DNA from: Octopus sinensis
Taxonomy: Eukaryota
Reading direction: 5' to 3'
Length of the DNA stretch: 64,000 nucleotides
NCBI RefSeq assembly: GCF_006345805.1
Contig: NC_043009.1
Coordinates: 29,202,001-29,266,000 of the forward strand
In this document: piece after piece, positions 27,280 through 40,882 of the stretch
Layout of the letters: the number at the start of each line of letters is the position of its first letter
Numbering within the stretch: position 1 is the first letter of the stretch
The notes under the pieces: model-generated
What the model was told of the DNA's origin: nothing
Databases searched by the model: none
Seen by the model: only the letters and a program-made list of their open reading frames with translations
Position numbers and translations under genes: made by a program

Positions 27280-27977
27280 GGTGAGGGGTATCCAGGATTT
27301 TTTGGGGTGTTGCCAAAAGTTTTTAAAAAATACTATAAATGGGTGGTGGTAACTGTAATTCGTAACAAATGGATGCATTTTTATGTATTCTAGCTGTGTT
27401 GTAGCAGACGATTATGAAATGGTAATGCTGTGAAAACGATTCTAGCAAGGTTTTTAGATGGGACCCTGGCTGCCAGTCCTCAGTCAAACCATCCAACAAA
27501 TGCCAGCATACGTTACATGACGACGAGATGTCGTGTCGATGATGATGGGGATGATAATGCTGATGATGAATATATATATATATATACATATGGCAAGAAG
27601 AAAATGAGGGGATCCAGAAGTAGTATACATCAACTGTTAGACATTATATTATGACTAATTTAATTTTTAAACAGTTCTGAGAATATATATATACATGTGT
27701 AAAGATGGTGTTTTACATATAAAGTACCAATAATTTCTAGAATAGGGAAAGAAGAGCAGTTTCTTTCAGTGTTTCTGCCAGAAAGATCACACTAGTAATT
27801 GCCACGCAATAACCAACACTTGTGTATTAATAATTGGGTATTCTACCAGCAGTATATTGGATAGAACTACCAGTAGTTGGTTGGATTCATAACCTCTAAA
27901 TCTTTTGAAATTATATATATATACATAAACACACACACACACACACTCACACACACTCACACACACACACACACACA

Positions 27978-28016
<39 letters not shown>

Positions 28017-28509
28017 TGCAATCTCTGCTGAAGATGACGTATGAGTGTTCAGCTTTTACCGATCAACCTGCACAAATGCGTTGTTTATGGGGATGAAATC
28101 CATTAGTTCACTCCTTTCATCAAATCGATGTTACCTGAAAAGGTGCACGGTGTACAACAAATCAGGTGTTGAAGTGATATGGCAGAGGCAAGAGGTGAGA
28201 AGAATTGTGTGAACAAGAAAACACAATACACCACTCAGTCCAGGAGTTGAATTAGGATGTGGTTGTTGTGTGTGTGTGTGCAGCACCCTAGACTGCTAGG
28301 TCCATGTATATATAGCAGGAGCGTGTATTCTATGCATGTAGGTCAGGTGTGCCCTGCACACCCATTGAAAATAACAAAATCGTTATAAACATTAACCACT
28401 CATTTATTGAATTACAAATCTTAATGGAAAATTTTCGTTATACCCCTGCTTGACATTTGGGGGTGGCAGTACCCCCAATACAACAACTATTGTACACCAC
28501 TGATATGAG

Positions 28510-28545
<36 letters not shown>
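25975..28545. repeat. Tandem duplication, two ~1.27-kb units
   Basis: ggggtgaggggtatccagg at ~26002 and ~27278; units colinear through cactgatatgagtatg; junction in (TA)n. Confidence 0.95.
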
Positions 28546-28564
28546 ATGTGTGTGTGTGTGTGTG

Positions 28565-28782
28565 TGCTAGTGGCATATAAAAATGCACCAGTGTTGATGC
28601 CATGTAAAAACCATCCAGTGGATTTTGTAAAGTTGCCGGCATTTGGAAGAGTATCTAGTTGCAGAAACCATGCCAAAACTGACAACTGGAGTCTGGTGCA
28701 GTACTCCAGCTCACCAGCTCCTGTTGAACCATCCAACCCATGCCAGAATGGAAAACAGACATTAAATGATGATGATGATGAT
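28565..28782 (+). mobile_element. SINE family B
   Basis: Degenerate core plus gtccaaccc-like atgccagaatggaaaacagacattaaatgatgatg tail. Confidence 0.75.
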
Positions 28783-29364
28783 GTACAAGTACTTCCACAC
28801 ATGCACACACATATAGTATCTGTTGTGGCGAGAGTCTTTGACACCCCTGTGGGATTGAAAGAACAGACTAGATGAACTCTTATAAAGAGTAGCGTATTGG
28901 TTGAGATGAGAGAACAGTTGTAGGAGTCATTGAGAATTCGAGGAAGCCATAGAAAGTTCTTGAGATCATTGAGAGTTTGTATTTATTAGAGTGTTGTGCT
29001 TAGCAATTTGAAGTGCGTCATGAAGTGGAGCAGTTTGAAGTGCGTCATGAGAAAACAGCTATGTCTATCCCTGCTTCATGAACTCTGTAAATCTAGCAAA
29101 TAGAAGGATACAAAAGCACCGGCATTATTTTCCTTTCACATCCTGGTTTGAGACACTTGTGTCAGATGGACAATTCTGCAGTATGTAACAGCACCATCTA
29201 TGAAAGGCTGTGTCTTGAGATTTGATCTCATCACCTCATTCAATGTCACAACCACTCTACTGTTTTGGTTACCTGCCAACGTTCGCAGAAAAGTTGTTTG
29301 TCTCTACTAGAATTCAACACAGTCATCATAGACCTCGCACTCACACACATACATATACAGGTAT

Positions 29365-29369
<5 letters not shown>

Positions 29370-29398
<29 letters not shown>

Positions 29399-29619
29399 TG
29401 TATGTATGTATGTATGTATGTATGTATGTATGTATGTATGTATTTATGTATGTATGTATGTAAGAATGAATGTATGTATGTATGAATATATGAATGTATG
29501 TATGAATATATGTATGTATGTATGTAGTATGTATGTTGTATGGTATGTATGTATGTATTTTGTATGTATGTATGTAAGAATGAATGTATGTATGTATGAA
29601 TATATGAATGTATGTATGA

Positions 29620-29652
<33 letters not shown>

Positions 29653-29763
29653 TGTATGTATGTATGAATGTATGTATGTATTTATGTATGTATGTATTTA
29701 TGTATGTATGTATGTATGTAAGACTGAATGTATGTATGTATGAATATATGAATGTATGTATGA

Positions 29764-29796
<33 letters not shown>

Positions 29797-29825
29797 TGAA
29801 AGTATGTATGAATGTATGTATGAAA
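29370..29825. repeat. (ATGT)n array with a three-copy higher-order unit
   Basis: gtaaga(a/c)tgaatgtatgtatgtatgaatatatgaatg at ~29460, ~29575 and ~29718. Confidence 0.9.
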
Positions 29826-30052
29826 TAGATTCATTAAACAGAAGAAAATAGCGGCATGGGTAAGATGGCAATTGCACTGACTGTAGTGATGGGCAAGTTA
29901 GGAGAGGTTGTTGTAGTTGTGGTTAAGGCTCACGTCAAACAGAACTAAGGTAAAAAAAATTTAAGCAAATCTAAAACTACTACTACTACTACCACCAGCA
30001 CCACCAGCACCACCACCACCACCACCACTACTACTACTACACATGTATGTGC

Positions 30053-30092
<40 letters not shown>

Positions 30093-30094
<2 letters not shown>

Positions 30095-31577
30095 CACCAT
30101 TCCCCTTCTTCTCTCTCTTCCTCTTGCTCCTCCTCCCCCATTCCCGTCGTCCATCTGCGACGATACTTCCGTCGTAACTGCTATCCTGTCTTTTCTCGCC
30201 CGCCTTCTAAGGCCACTGGTCGACATTCTTTCTCTCTCGTCGTCCACTATAATCCAGCGTTTGCATTACTTTTTTCGTCTGGCGTAAACAGCCTTCTTAT
30301 CTGTTCTCCTTGTCCTGTCTCTCACTGTTATATATTATTTTTCAACTGTTTATATATAATTTTTTTTTACTGTTTATATGTTTGTACTGTCGTTACCGTC
30401 TTGCTTTTTTTACCCCTCTGCGAAAAGATCTCAGAATTTTAATTGATTTGCTTTTCGCAGGAAGGAAGTTTTCTTCGAAGTATACGTCTCGCTTTTATCC
30501 CTCGAAACGTTTAGTAGATGAAACCTTAGCGACTGAAGAAGGGGATTTTCGTTGTGCTTATTGTCCTGTATCTCTTTTTTTGCTTGTCTTGTTCCTTGGT
30601 TTGTGTCTATGTTTTTCGTCTCTCTATGTGTTCGACGTCTTTTTGGTGTCCTGTACACATATATGCGTGTATATGTACATGTAGAGGTAGGTACGTACAT
30701 ATATGTTATATATATGCATATGTTCTATTTTATTAACATATATACGACTAAACGCACGCACCCTATTAAGTAAGATTGTTCTGTCTATCAAGTTAGCCTT
30801 GATATTAACTCTCACGCGACTCTGCATCTTCTTTCTTTCTCTCCCATTCCCTTTTTCGTCTTTTTTCCCTCACTTAACTTGTCTTTCTCTCTCTCTCATT
30901 CTTCATTCTCTCTCCCTTTCACCATTCTTCATGGTCTCCTCGCACCATTCCCCTTCTTCTCTCTCTTCCTCTTGCTCCTCCTCCCCCATTCCGTCGTCCA
31001 TCTGCGACGATACTTCCGTCGTAACTGCTATCCTGTCTTTTCTCGCCCGCCTTCTAAGGCTACTGGTCGACATTTTTCTCTCTCGTCGTCCACTTTAATC
31101 CAGCGTTTGCAATACTTTTTTCGTCTGGCGTTAACAGCCTTCTTATCTTGTTCTCCTTGTCCTGTCTCTCACTGTTATATATTTATTTTTCCACTGTATA
31201 TATATATTTTTACTGTTTATATGTTTATACTGTCGTTACCGTCTTGCTTTTTTTTACCCCTCTGCGAAAAGATCTCAGAATTTTAATTGATTTGCTTTTC
31301 GCAGGAAGGAAGAAGTTTTCTTCGAAGTATACGTCTCGCTTTTCCTTCGAAACGTTTAGTAGATGAAACCTTAGCGACTGAAGAAGGGGGATTTTCGTTG
31401 TGCTTATTGTCCTGTATCTCTTTTTTTGCTTGTCTTGTTCCTTGGTTGTGTCTATGTTTTTCGTCTCTCTATGTGTTCGACGTCTTTTTGGTGTCCTGTA
31501 CACATATATGCGTGTATATGTACATGTAGAGGTATGTACGTACATATATGTTTATATATATGCATATGTTATTTTAT

Positions 31578-31580
<3 letters not shown>
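30093..31580. repeat. Tandem copies 2 and 3 of the ~850-bp repeat (period about 848 bp)
   Basis: cgcaccattcccc at 30093 and 30941; both match 3533-4345. Confidence 0.9.
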
Positions 31581-31620
<40 letters not shown>

Positions 31621-32006
31621 TATGGATAATTCCGGAATTCCATAGATGTGTTTGTACACACACATATATAGACATATCTATCTATCTATCTATCTATCTT
31701 TTTATCTGTATAATTATATATATATATATATATATGCATGTATATGTATGTGTATAAACACGAGAGTCCCTTCGTTGATGAGTTGAAAGATGTCAAATGT
31801 TCATGTAAGGCAACGTCAGCCAATGTAAGCAGACAGCTGGGTCCTGTAATTGAATTTCAAATTATTTCGTCTTTTACCATGTCTTAACTTATTTAGTGGA
31901 GGCCTTCCATATAAACATCCCTCCCCTCATTCACACACACACTCACACATACATGCCTATATTTACTATGTATGTATATACATATATATGTGTATATGTA
32001 TATATA

Positions 32007-32043
<37 letters not shown>

Positions 32044-32076
32044 ATATATATATTTACATACATATATCTTTATATG

Positions 32077-32107
<31 letters not shown>

Positions 32108-32814
32108 TAATATATATATTATATATATATGTATATACGTGTATGAATGTACGCATGTATGTATATAAATAGGCAGCTGTAGCTTTCAATCAATGTAAGA
32201 ACATCGTATTTCTTTTTTCACATCAAACATGTTCTGTCAGTTGTGTGGTTGTGTTTATGGTGGTGATGACGTTGATGATGATGTTGACAATGATGATGGA
32301 CTTGGCAATAATGATAATGCTTGTGATGATGATTTGGGTTAGTGATGCTGGTGAGGATAATTTTGGTGATGCGGGTGATGCTAGTTACAAGAGCAATAGT
32401 GAAATAGTAGTTGTTGGTGGGGGATCATGAAAGGAGGGAGTGGAACTGGCTGCAGAAGTAGTTAAAGTCTGGGCAGGATAGGTGATGGTGGCATTGGACA
32501 AGATATCAATTTCAAGGACTGTAGTGATGGTCAGGGTAGGAATAGTTGTTTTAGCTGTTGTTAAACCTCAGGTCAATCGTAATCAAACAGAACTAGGGTA
32601 AAAGACATTGCAGTCGTAACCATTTCATAGGATTTCATATTTACCTTGAGCTGTGGGCTACAGTATTTAAGCTTTTGTACCTAGAGACAATAGCAAGTGA
32701 TTTGAGGAACATTGAGCTACAATTTATAGCAGGTTGACTTATCACATTGAGGGTTTTGTTGTCTTAAACATATAGACATACATGAAATTCATAAGACAAT
32801 GGTATGATCTGAGT

Positions 32815-33248
32815 GAGATTACTCTTACTCTTTTACTCTTTTACTCCTTTACTTGTTTCAGTCATTTGACTGTGGCCATGCTGGAGCACCGCCTTTAGTC
32901 GAGCAAATCGACCCCGGGACTTATTTTTGTAAGCCAAGTACTTTTATCGGTCTCTTTTGCCGAACCGCTAAGTGACGGGGACGTAAACACACCAGCATCG
33001 GTTGTCAAGCAATGCTAGGGGGACAAACACAGACACACAAAACACCACACACACACTACATATATAGATATATACATATATATGACAGGCTTCTTTCAGT
33101 TTCCGTCTACCAAATCCACTCACAAGGCATTGGTCGGCCCGGGGCTATAGCAGAAGACACTTGCCCAAGATGCCATGCAGTGGGACTGAACCCGGAATCA
33201 TGTGGTTGGTTAGCAAGCTACTTACCACACAGCCACTCCTGCACCTAT
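32815..33248 (-). mobile_element. tRNA-derived SINE, family A, full length and little decayed
   Basis: Many CpGs retained; minus-strand head tataggtgcaggagtggctgtgtggtaag, B box gggttcagtccc, (GAGTAAAA)n-like tail. Confidence 0.95.
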
Positions 33249-33569
33249 AAATAGCAGATTAGTCTGCTATTTATACCAAATTAATGACCACACTGAGGCA
33301 CTCATTTGTGGCATCTGTTTTCCCTTTTACATTATGACAGACATTTCTGTGAGACACGATCCCTATTGATTGGCTTCTTTTTTTTTTCTTTATTCTTCTT
33401 TCCACAATCCCTTTTGATCGAAATTCTACACCCCCCCACCGCCTTTTTTTTCTCTTCCCAAAAAGAAAAGCTCTACTTTGTATTTGTCCCCTCTGTGTTC
33501 AGCCCTGTGTGGCTAACAAAGAAGCATATCTATCTATATGTATATATATATATATTATATATATATAAT

Positions 33570-33760
33570 ATTATATATACCGGAGTAAGTAAAACACATA
33601 AATGTGAAACAGGTGGAAAAAAGAGTACTCAAATACCAGTGGTAGAGTAATATGCTTTATTTTAAGCAGCAGAAAATTCAAACCAAAACTGTTACTCTGA
33701 GTTTCTCGTGGCCGTTCATCAGACATTTTTTGCTAGAATGGAACCAATATATCAATTCAA
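33570..33760 (-). mobile_element. Penelope-type repeat with minimal HHR at 33685-33729
   Basis: Minus strand AAAAUGU CUGAUGA ACG-GCCA-CGA GAAACUCAGAGU A ACAGUUUU. Confidence 0.65.
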
Positions 33761-33802
33761 TGTATATATATATATAATTATAAGAGTTTGTATGATTGTG
33801 CA

Positions 33803-34018
33803 TTCACATATTTGCAATTTTTACAATGTTAGAATTTTACAATATTGAAATAAACTAGTACTTTCATCCATTTCTGAATCCTCAGGTTTATGTAGTGGCA
33901 ATCATGTTCCACAAACACAATAGTCACTACATAAAACTAATGATTGAATAATGCATGAAAGCACTAGTTTATTTCAATATTGTAAAATTGTAAAAATTAC
34001 AAATAATAATATGTGAAA
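33803..34018. mobile_element. Foldback element (~95-bp arms) with HHR at 33850-33891 (minus strand)
   Basis: Arms such as ttttacaatattgaaataaactagt / actagtttatttcaatattgtaaaa; minus strand AUAAAC CUGAGGA UUCAGAAAUGGAU GAAAGUACUA GUUUAU. Confidence 0.75.
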
Positions 34019-34078
34019 ATCAGATGAGTTGGAATTTCATTGATTAATGCAATTAATGCATATGTACATATACATATA

Positions 34079-34131
<53 letters not shown>

Positions 34132-34139
34132 ATATAGAA

Positions 34140-34460
34140 ATTAAATATAAAATATAAATTACAAAGTGGGACAAGAACGCAAAAACACACAAAGAGACGA
34201 CCCAAAAATCAGATGGGTCACTCGAAGCCTCTAATCTTCAGTCAGGAACCGGATCATCTTAGTAATTTCGGCTGTTTAATCTCGATATTACTCCGAACCA
34301 GCCAGCCCCAAGGAAAAACCAAGCCACAGGCATTGGATTTCTTGGAAAGAGGATCGAATGTATACGAAACAAAGACAGGATGCCACACGAATATAAATAC
34401 AAGAAACAAAAATAGAAATAAAAAACAGAAATAAAAAACACGAATGGTGGACAGTACAAA
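34140..34460 (-). repeat. Dispersed repeat, possibly Penelope terminal-repeat derived
   Basis: Minus strand gccgaaa..24 nt..ctgaaga; no convincing HHR fold. Confidence 0.4.
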
Positions 34461-35676
34461 GACAATTTTTAACTTATCTTGGCTGATATATATATATGTT
34501 ATTTGTATTTGTTCCATGTCTAGCAACTATGAGGTAAATGATGGAAGTGGAAATAGTTTTGATGTAAAAGAAATGAAATGAATGGGGCTGATCCTATTAG
34601 GAGTTACTTATTTAGCTCCAGTTTACTGCTGGCCAAGCAGATTATGATGAAAAGCATTCCAGCTACGACCATCCTGCTTTTGCAGACATAGTGCATCTCA
34701 GACAATATTAGCTAAACTGTAGAATAGAGTCACCAAGAGAAATATAATCCGGAGAGTACAAAATTTCCTTTAAACCCCCTTTTACCTAGAAGAGTGGATG
34801 GGGTATTTAACTGTCAAGTTAGGTATTATTTGTTCTAGTCTTTGGGTAAAGAGCCAAAGACTAGCCAGCTTTTCATTTATAATAGTGGAAGGCTAGAATC
34901 CATCAGTGTGGAGGAAGAAAAATCCACCTGGTGGTGGGTAGATGTTATAACTGAACCCTAAGTTGTCCTTGATCAAAAATATTTCAGCCATGACCATCAC
35001 AATATTTTGTGTATCAGGCACTACATAGCTTAATACAGCTTGCCATTTCTTGAAGGGGATAGACTTCTGAGTTAGATTTCCTTGTTCTTTCCAGCAGAGA
35101 AAGTGATCACGTAGAAGGACAGCTGATCATTGGATTGTGGTGGATACACAGAGTAGGAAGTGTGTGATTTATACACATGAGACATCATACACAGCTTGGA
35201 ATAAGACTGAGAGACAAGATTATATGGCAAGGAACCAGTCTAAAACACAGCCAATAGAGTCTGGTGTGGGGCTGCACAAGAGTAATCAATTAGGCATAAT
35301 TAATGATTAAATGACCTAATATAACTAATTAATCATAAGGTAACAAGACTGAGACAGACAGAAGATTCTGGTTAGAGGATGAAGTAGAGTTATCAGTTAC
35401 CATTAATTGACAGTTTAATAAATTAGCATGACTCGTAAATGGTAATGTACCATGATTAAGAGTTTCAAAAGGTTCTTATCTGTGGATGAACTAATCAATT
35501 GGCTGTAATTAATTGTTAAGTAAACATAATGTTGCATTGAGTTAGAAAACATGAACACTATTTATAAATTCTGATCAGCTGACCATTGTTGGTGTCAATG
35601 AATATCATACACACATATATACATACATACTACATACATACAACAAAACACACACACCACACATATACACATATAT

Positions 35677-35718
<42 letters not shown>

Positions 35719-36614
35719 CTATATAGATATATATATATATATATATACTTATATATATACTTATATATTTTATACATATAAAACTGTGTTGTGAGTGTGG
35801 AGACATGTGGCTTAATGGTTAGGTGATGCTTTCATGATCATTGAATGGTGATTTTGATCCCTGGTCTAGGCAAAGTGTTGTGTTCTTAAGCGAAACACTT
35901 CATTTCATGTGGGCCAAGTTCTCTATCCCTTCCAGTGGCACTATATGTATACAGAAGCTGGCGAAATGGGAATAGAAACCTATGGTTTAGGAAGTACCTT
36001 TGTTTTACACACACAGAGATAGATCGGTAGATAGATAGATTAATGGAGAAAGAGATAGACAGATTGATAGCTGATATCTATAATAAATAAAAAGGTCCAA
36101 ACTTGTTATGTTGCAAGGTACATTCAACCTGATATTTATATTTAGGGTACAGGTGTCTGGGAAAAAATAATTCTCCATTTAATGAGAATTCTAAATCCTC
36201 AGCATCGAAAAACAGAGATTTACCAGCATCTTCACCACCATACATACAATGAGCACACTCCCAAATATATATATATATATATTATGGACCCTCTTATCAT
36301 TAAGAGATGAGGCTTCTATAAATTCCTGCCATACAACCAAACAAATAATTCGTTTATAGAGATCAAATGTTTTTCTTCACATTATCTCATCCTCTCCATC
36401 AAATCAACATTGTCCATACAAGTGTCAAAGTGTGCCACATATCAACGGGAGATGGAACATGTATTAGACTTTATTGAGTACAAGACACATTTTGATCCAT
36501 TGTTTTGGTTCTCTTCAGGTACATCGATAAAAAAGTCGCGCTAGAGATTTCTTGTGTTAGCTTGCTTGCCGCTATATGTCCATCAAATTCAAGAATGAAT
36601 ATAAGCAAAAAAAA

Positions 36615-36654
<40 letters not shown>

Positions 36655-36866
36655 CTAGTTTCAGCTCAGAGCTGCGGCCATGCTGATGCACCGCCGTTTT
36701 GTGGTACACTATTATTACGACGAACCTCATCTAATATGTGGCACTTGGTGAAGAATGGAGTTTGATATAGCTACTCTCATTTGCACCTCTTGCCGTGAGC
36801 TAGGTTCATCTGGGACTCTATATATATATATATATCTATATATATATATATATATATATATTGTAC

Positions 36867-37064
36867 ACATATAAATAAGAGGAATAGCTACCAAGGTGGA
36901 TTCCTAATTTGCTAGAAGAAGACACCAAATCACCTTACCACACAGAATAAGTTCTCAAAAATTTTAGCAAAATGCCACAGAATATATTCTTTGTGGCAAT
37001 TTGGCATCTTTGTCTAGCATATTAAGAATCCACCGTGGTGGTTATTCCTCTTATTTATATATGT
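36867..37064. mobile_element. MITE-like foldback element with long imperfect TIRs
   Basis: acatataaataagaggaatagctacca..ggtggattcctaat vs attaagaatccacc..tggtggttattcctcttatttatatatgt. Confidence 0.8.
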
Positions 37065-37220
37065 AATATAATTCATAGTCTTTGGACAATTTTTTAAGTG
37101 TGCTAGCCACTGGTTTAAATTAATATTAATTAATAATATTAATTTCTACCCTTGTTATTTATATGTATATATTATTTATATGTATATTTATATATATGTA
37201 TATATGTATATATGTATATG

Positions 37221-37251
<31 letters not shown>

Positions 37252-39014
37252 TTATATGTATATGTTATTTATATGTATATATAAAAAGCTCCAACCCATT
37301 CCATCATGGAAAATGGATGTTAAAGGATGATAATCATAATGATGATGATGATGGTGAAATACAAGTAGCTATACATACATACTAATACATACACTTATAC
37401 AAATATGTGTGTGTATACACATACATGTGTGTGCATACACACACACATACAACCATACATACAAGTGTGTAAACATACATATACAAACATAAACACTCTC
37501 TTGACAGTCAATTACATTCAAGTAATACGTCTATAAGTATGAGCACAGCTGTACATGTACCCACACACAGACAGACACATACACAAACACAAACACACAC
37601 ATGTATACACACGCACATACGCACATACATACTGTTTGAGCTTGAAGTCAAATCAAGCTTGAATTCACAATCAACACCTCCATAGATTATAAATTTCGTA
37701 GGTCCAGGCCTACCCAACAGAAACCCTCCAATATATATCAGCTGGATCTATTTATCATTTGAGATTGTCTATCTGCTAATGAAGTAAGCAGCTGATATCC
37801 ACACAAATTCTTACTGGCGGCATTTGTCTTTGGTTTATGGCAGTAATGTAAATGTCAAACGACTCTATTTAGAGGGTGGCCTTCCCTCTCTCAATCTTTC
37901 TTCAACAGTAAGAATCTTATGGATTCCTTTGACAAGAAACCTGCCTAGAAAACCATTTATATAGACTGATAATTAATGCTGACCACAGTTGCTAGAAGGT
38001 GGTGGTGACGTTGTTGTTGTTGTTGTTGTTGTTGGTGGTGGTGGTTGTAGTTAATGTTATCTGTAGGGGAAAGGTGATGGTGTTCCTCAGTCTGTTAGGA
38101 TGACATCCTATTTATGATTGTCATTTATCATGGTAATTGTGAAAGATATCCTTAAGTCCTCCTGGTTGACACTGTTGTTGATGGCAGCAGCAGTGGCGGC
38201 ATCGTCATCATCACCATCGTCATCACCATCATCAACATCATCATCATCGTCATCACATCATCATCATCGTCATCAACATCATCGTTATTATCATCATCGT
38301 CGTCATCACCATCATCATCGTCACCATCATCATCATCATCGTCCTCATCATTATCACTGTCATCATCATCGTTATCAGCATCATCATCGTTATCATCATC
38401 ATTATCATCATCATCATCATTGTCATCACCAAACAGCTACCATCATTACCAGTATCAGTGCATCTTCCACAGCCACCAACAATCATAATCATCAATGTAC
38501 ACATCAACTCCGCCAACATCACCAGGATGACCAGGATGACAACCACCACCACCACCACCACCGTTGCCCATACAATATGTCTCCAACTGCTGGCATCTGC
38601 ACCACACCTCTCATCTTTGTCACTGCCTCCTCAACTTCGTCACCATTATCACCATGTACAACATTAACAGAATTTAAGATTTATTGTCTTTCATTCTTCT
38701 ATTATTTAATTGTCCACCACCCTCCATGCTCTCAACATCACCACTCTCTCTCTCTCTCTCTCTCTCTTCCTCTTTATGTTGTTCATTCTTTTCATCTTTG
38801 TCCTTCTCTTTCTCTCTCTCTCTTTCTTTATCAATCTGTTCCTTTTCCTCATACACACACCTACCATATTTGGACATACTGTTATCATTCAATGAAAGAA
38901 CCAAGACAAGATATTTCATTCCTCCCACTTGGGAGGTTGCAGGCTTGTAGGCAGTGATGTACAAGTCATTACCCCTCCCCGCTTATCACTGGTAGCGTAA
39001 AGGGTGGCAGTAAC

Positions 39015-39470
39015 ATGGGTAAATGGGTGGCAGTGAGTTGGCAGATATGTTAACCCATATCCTTCGTGTTTATGTTCTGAGTTCAAATTCCACTGAGGTC
39101 ATATTTGTCTTTCATCCTTTCGGTGGGGGAGGGGGTGATAAAATTAGTATTAGATGAGCACTGGGTGGGGGGGTGGGGGTCACTGTAATTGACTTAACCC
39201 CTCCATCAAACTTGCCTTGTTCCAAAATTTGAAATTAATAATGTGGGTAAATTGGAAGGCAGCAAGGTGGAAGAAGTTATAGCCAGGCAAAATACTTCAT
39301 GGCATTTTATCCGTCTTTGTGTTCTGAGTTCAAATTCTGCTGAGGTTGACTTTGCCTTTCATTATTTCGGGGCCAATAAAATTAGTACCAGTTGAACTTT
39401 GGGATTGATCTAGAATTGTTACCCACTCCCCAAAATTGCTGGCCTTGTGTCAAAATTTGAAATCAGTATT
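39015..39470 (+). mobile_element. Two tandem family C SINEs
   Basis: gttctgagttcaaattc(c/t) B box at ~39075 and ~39325, each followed by ctttcat..tttcgg..aaaattagta. Confidence 0.8.
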
Positions 39471-39974
39471 GTGAGTTAGTGTCAAAATTTGCTATGGACG
39501 TTGTTATTGTTAGCAACATATTTCTGCTAAGGTCGACTTTGTCTTTTGTCCTCTTGGGATCATTTAAATAAGTACCAGTTACCCATTGGGGTCGATGTAT
39601 TTGAGGCCTTGTGCTTCCAGTAGAAAAGATTATTAACAACATATCTTTATCTTAAGAAAAGAAAGTGAAAAACATTAACCCTTTCAATAACAACCTGGTT
39701 AAATCCACCTCTGGCTCTGAAGTACAAATGTCTTGTTTTCAAAAAGTTCTGAATTAAAATCTTCTACCAAACCCTAGTCCCAGTTTATGTTCCTAACACT
39801 AGCTGAATGATAACTAAGTTGGAGTAAAGATTATTTGCCAGCATAACATGGCAGTCCTGGTTTAGGACAAATGTTGCTGTAATTTAGCCCCAGGAGACAT
39901 CATCTCCAGCTGGCTATACGACACAATCTGTGTCTTAGGAAATTTTTCTTAGGAAATTTTTCTCTCATAGTTCC

Positions 39975-40800
39975 CCCCTGATTTGGATGATCAAGTTCTG
40001 TTAATATCAAGCTTTTGAAACCTGTAATTGAAGCAAATCGAAAATAAACTGCAGGTGAATTAACAAAACAGTTCATTTCAAGTCACTCTTCGATCAAGGA
40101 ACATGAACCAGGAAAAATGTTTTAATTTGGTCAGTGGGTACTTTGTCTTCTAACTGCTTCTCAGCTTAATTAATGAATTGCCCTCTGCTTGTCATTGAAA
40201 AGCAGACTTAATACAGAACCATTCCTGAGTAGAATCATCAAAGAAGTGAAAAGTGGATTTTCCGATCATATCCAATGAGAACAGGAATGGTTAGCACTCA
40301 ATAAAAAGAAGAATCCATCTTCAAACCAGGACTTCACTAGTAAAAAGCTACAAGGGGCTGCAGGAAAGTTCTTGACTTTAAGGTTATCATGAAAGGCTTG
40401 ACTGGAGGTTCAACCTTCCAAGTTCTTTTACAGGGCTAGAAAAACTGAAGGACAGCAGCAATAAGAGTGTGAATCTGAGAGGGGAATATGTTGACTAAAA
40501 TCATGATTAACTGCTCCTCCTGTATTTTCTTTTACCCAAAGCCAGGAATTTTTCAGCACCCCCTAATATAGATAGGCATGAACAGTGTTTCAGTACCCCT
40601 CGTTTGGGTAGATATGAACAGTGTTGTCCATCATAAATTGCTAAACTTAAATGAAACACTTAAGGCAGAGTAGTATTGTCAACAGTTGGAATCATTGCTC
40701 AAAAGTTTGCTGGAAAAGTATCCAATCATTGGTCAATGATAAAAAAATGCAGGACCACAAGGAAAATGCAAGACCACATATTGACCAAGTCACCCAGGAA
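39975..40800 (+). pseudogene. Decayed mariner transposase
   Basis: Fragments DDQVL..IEANRK*TAGEL, GQWV, YCQQLESLLKSLLEKYP, HKENARPH; many stops and indels. Confidence 0.65.
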
Positions 40801-40882
40801 AAGAAGTTTTGCCTCATCTTCCTTTAACTCTTGATCTTACTCCAGTTATCATCCCTTCCAATCATTTCAACATTATTTAGAG

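Noticed and set aside
34200-34280. Type II hammerhead from GAAA..CUGAAGA (also 23075-23140)
   Set aside because: Stems I and III cannot be formed around a valid NUH site; kept only as a motif observation.
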